DNA from: Somniosus microcephalus
Lineage: Eukaryota
Assembly (NCBI GenBank): GCA_052327205.1
Contig: CM126208.1
Location: 268,336,001-268,400,000, forward strand
Reading direction: 5' to 3'
Length of the DNA: 64,000 nt
In this document: positions 62,216 through 64,000 of the stretch, one piece after another
Layout of the letters: each line of letters opens with the position of its first letter
How positions within the stretch are numbered: the first letter of the stretch is position 1
Made by a program: the position numbers and the translations under genes
Notes under the pieces: model-generated
Databases searched by the model: none
Told to the model about the DNA's origin: nothing
Seen by the model: the letters and a program-made list of their open reading frames with translations, nothing else

Positions 62216-62506
62216 CTGAAAATTAAATCACATTGTCATTACTCAGCGACACTGTACTAGCTCAAACAAACATTCGTTTACATTCATCTGGGTTTTTGTC
62301 ATTTCTGAACAGCAATAAACACTGGAAATTGCAACAAAAGACAGGAAAGTAAGCAATATCATTCATTTACCTTTAAAATAAATTCTGTTCAAGATTGAAT
62401 CCCATTCTTAATACCGAATGTCAGTATCAATAACTACCCAGTCAATGAAAAGTAAAGGGAGCTTTACTCTGCCCAGCATTCGTATACCTAACCTCAAAAG
62501 CTTCAG

Positions 62507-62510
62507 GGGG

Positions 62511-62552
<42 letters not shown>

Positions 62553-62640
62553 AAGAGAGAGAGGGGCGAAGAGAGAGAGAGAGCGCGCGAGAGAGAGAGG
62601 GGCGAAGAGAGAGAGAGAGACTGGGGGGGAGAGAGAGAGA
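62507..62640. repeat. (GA)n microsatellite with GGGGCGAA interruptions
   Basis: Directly visible. Confidence 0.95.
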
Positions 62641-62969
62641 CATGCTGAAGATGAGCTCCTGAAACTTGTGTTTTTTGTCATTAAAAAATGAGGAAAAGTT
62701 TAATTTCAACATAAACCTCAGGCAAAAAGCAACAAGAGGAGGATATAGAGGTCAAACTAAGGAAAAACAACAAAAATCAAGGAATATACACTTTTAATGG
62801 GATTTGACATTCACAGAACAGCAAATAGCAGGGAAGACTAACACTTCAAGGAAACTTGCCTTCTATCAAAATCTGAATTGAGTGAGTACAACAATATTGA
62901 GGAGGACACCCATATATTCTAAGGACAACAAGAATTTTTTACTTTTACACTAAAAACAGCCTGCATTTC

Positions 62970-64000
62970 TTCTTCAGTTGTAATATTGCTAAAGCTAGCT
63001 TCTGCTCAGCGCTAGGCTAGGCTAATGCTAAAGTTGACAGTCGACAGTCGAGAGACATTTTCTCCTCCAATTTCAAATGTAACCATTCAAATTAACTTGT
63101 AAATGAACCAATCAGAAGAGCTGCAGCCCCTCCCCCGCAGCATCCACAGTTGTGTGCAAATTAGCTTCAGAAATGAGCGAATCAGAAGAGCTGCAGCAGC
63201 TCCCGTGCTGCGCAGCAGAACTGACAGACTGTCTGCCCCTCAGAGCAGCAACCAGTACTCCCCTCCCCCACTGCACTGAGAGCACCCTCTTTCAGTTTCC
63301 CCCTGACATCAAAGACAGTGAAAGAAAACAGTTCAAGCAAAAGCTGATGAGAGAGAGGCCAGAGACTCTTTGCTGACTTGTACAAAAATGGGAATAGGAG
63401 TAATCTTATTTTTTTACTCAGATCAGTCCACTGCTTGGGCACAAAGCAATCACCACACACTATCCCTGTGTTCAGAATGAGGAAACCACTAATGGGTTCA
63501 AACTGAAAATAAGGGAATCAGAGGACCTTGATAGAGCAATGACAACTGTCAACATGTACAACAACAGGACAATAATGGTGCAAGGCAACCTCAAAGACTT
63601 TGAAATGGCCTTCCAGACACTGAGAGGATTAGTAGAGAAGGGAGAGACCAGCCCCAGTGTAACGGTCAGGGAGAAAGCCACACACACTCCCCCCCACCAC
63701 TTGCAGCTCACCAGGAGTAAAGCAGCTTAGCCAGGAGAGTGAGCCCCCCAGTTCTGACCAAGCACACACACTGTTGCCCCACAGCTCCCTGGTACAATTA
63801 AAGGAGTTCACCCAGCTGGAGATAGAGCTGGTTCAGCTCAGAGAGACGGTCCTTACTCAGAATCCAGAGCAACACACAACAAAGCAGTTACAAAACTGAA
63901 AAGTGATCAAGTAAGCAGCTTTTCAGCACTAAAGCAAGAGAGGGAGAGCTGACTTTACTTGGAGAGCAGGTGAGAGAGCTGCAGAGGGACAGGGAGAGAT
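62970..64000 (+). mobile_element. Probable 5' end (5'UTR + frameshifted ORF1) of a non-LTR retrotransposon, running off the window
   Basis: Frameshifted peptide RERPETL-ADLYKNGNRSNLIF-..AW-HKAI..FKLKI..MTTVNMYNNRTIMVQGNL followed by coiled-coil-like sequence; GCTAG-rich leader. Confidence 0.55.

Overview
Repeat-rich vertebrate genomic DNA, almost certainly from a cartilaginous fish (shark). The evidence is HE1/V-SINE, SacSINE1-like DeuSINEs and shark-type CR1 and Penelope repeats. Two protein-coding genes lie tail-to-tail, the same arrangement I recall from human 3p22. SUSD5 is complete on the + strand in 5 exons (17704-44022, 1821 nt CDS, 606 aa: signal peptide, Link domain, Sushi domain, acidic S/T-rich stalk, TM helix, C-terminal ...IEMQQKV). 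The last four coding exons of CRTAP are on the - strand (62215 to 46630); its 5' part is outside the window. All exon boundaries were read manually (GT/AG, consistent phases). The rest is CR1, L2, RTE and Penelope retroelements, SINEs, MITEs and four tandem arrays; most ORF-track entries are spurious. The most notable observations are: (1) two families of 160-180 bp palindromic insertions that carry a minimal hammerhead ribozyme and perfect 13-15 bp target-site duplications; (2) a recursive-splice-type AG|GTAAG site at the in-frame Sushi exon; (3) face-to-face polyA signals of the two genes; (4) a 3.9 kb intronic satellite with higher-order structure; (5) a 40-bp-arm hairpin containing the miR-219 seed; (6) a ~165 bp duplication flanking an RTE insertion; (7) two apparent templated insertions. 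Repeat boundaries are approximate and no database searches were run.
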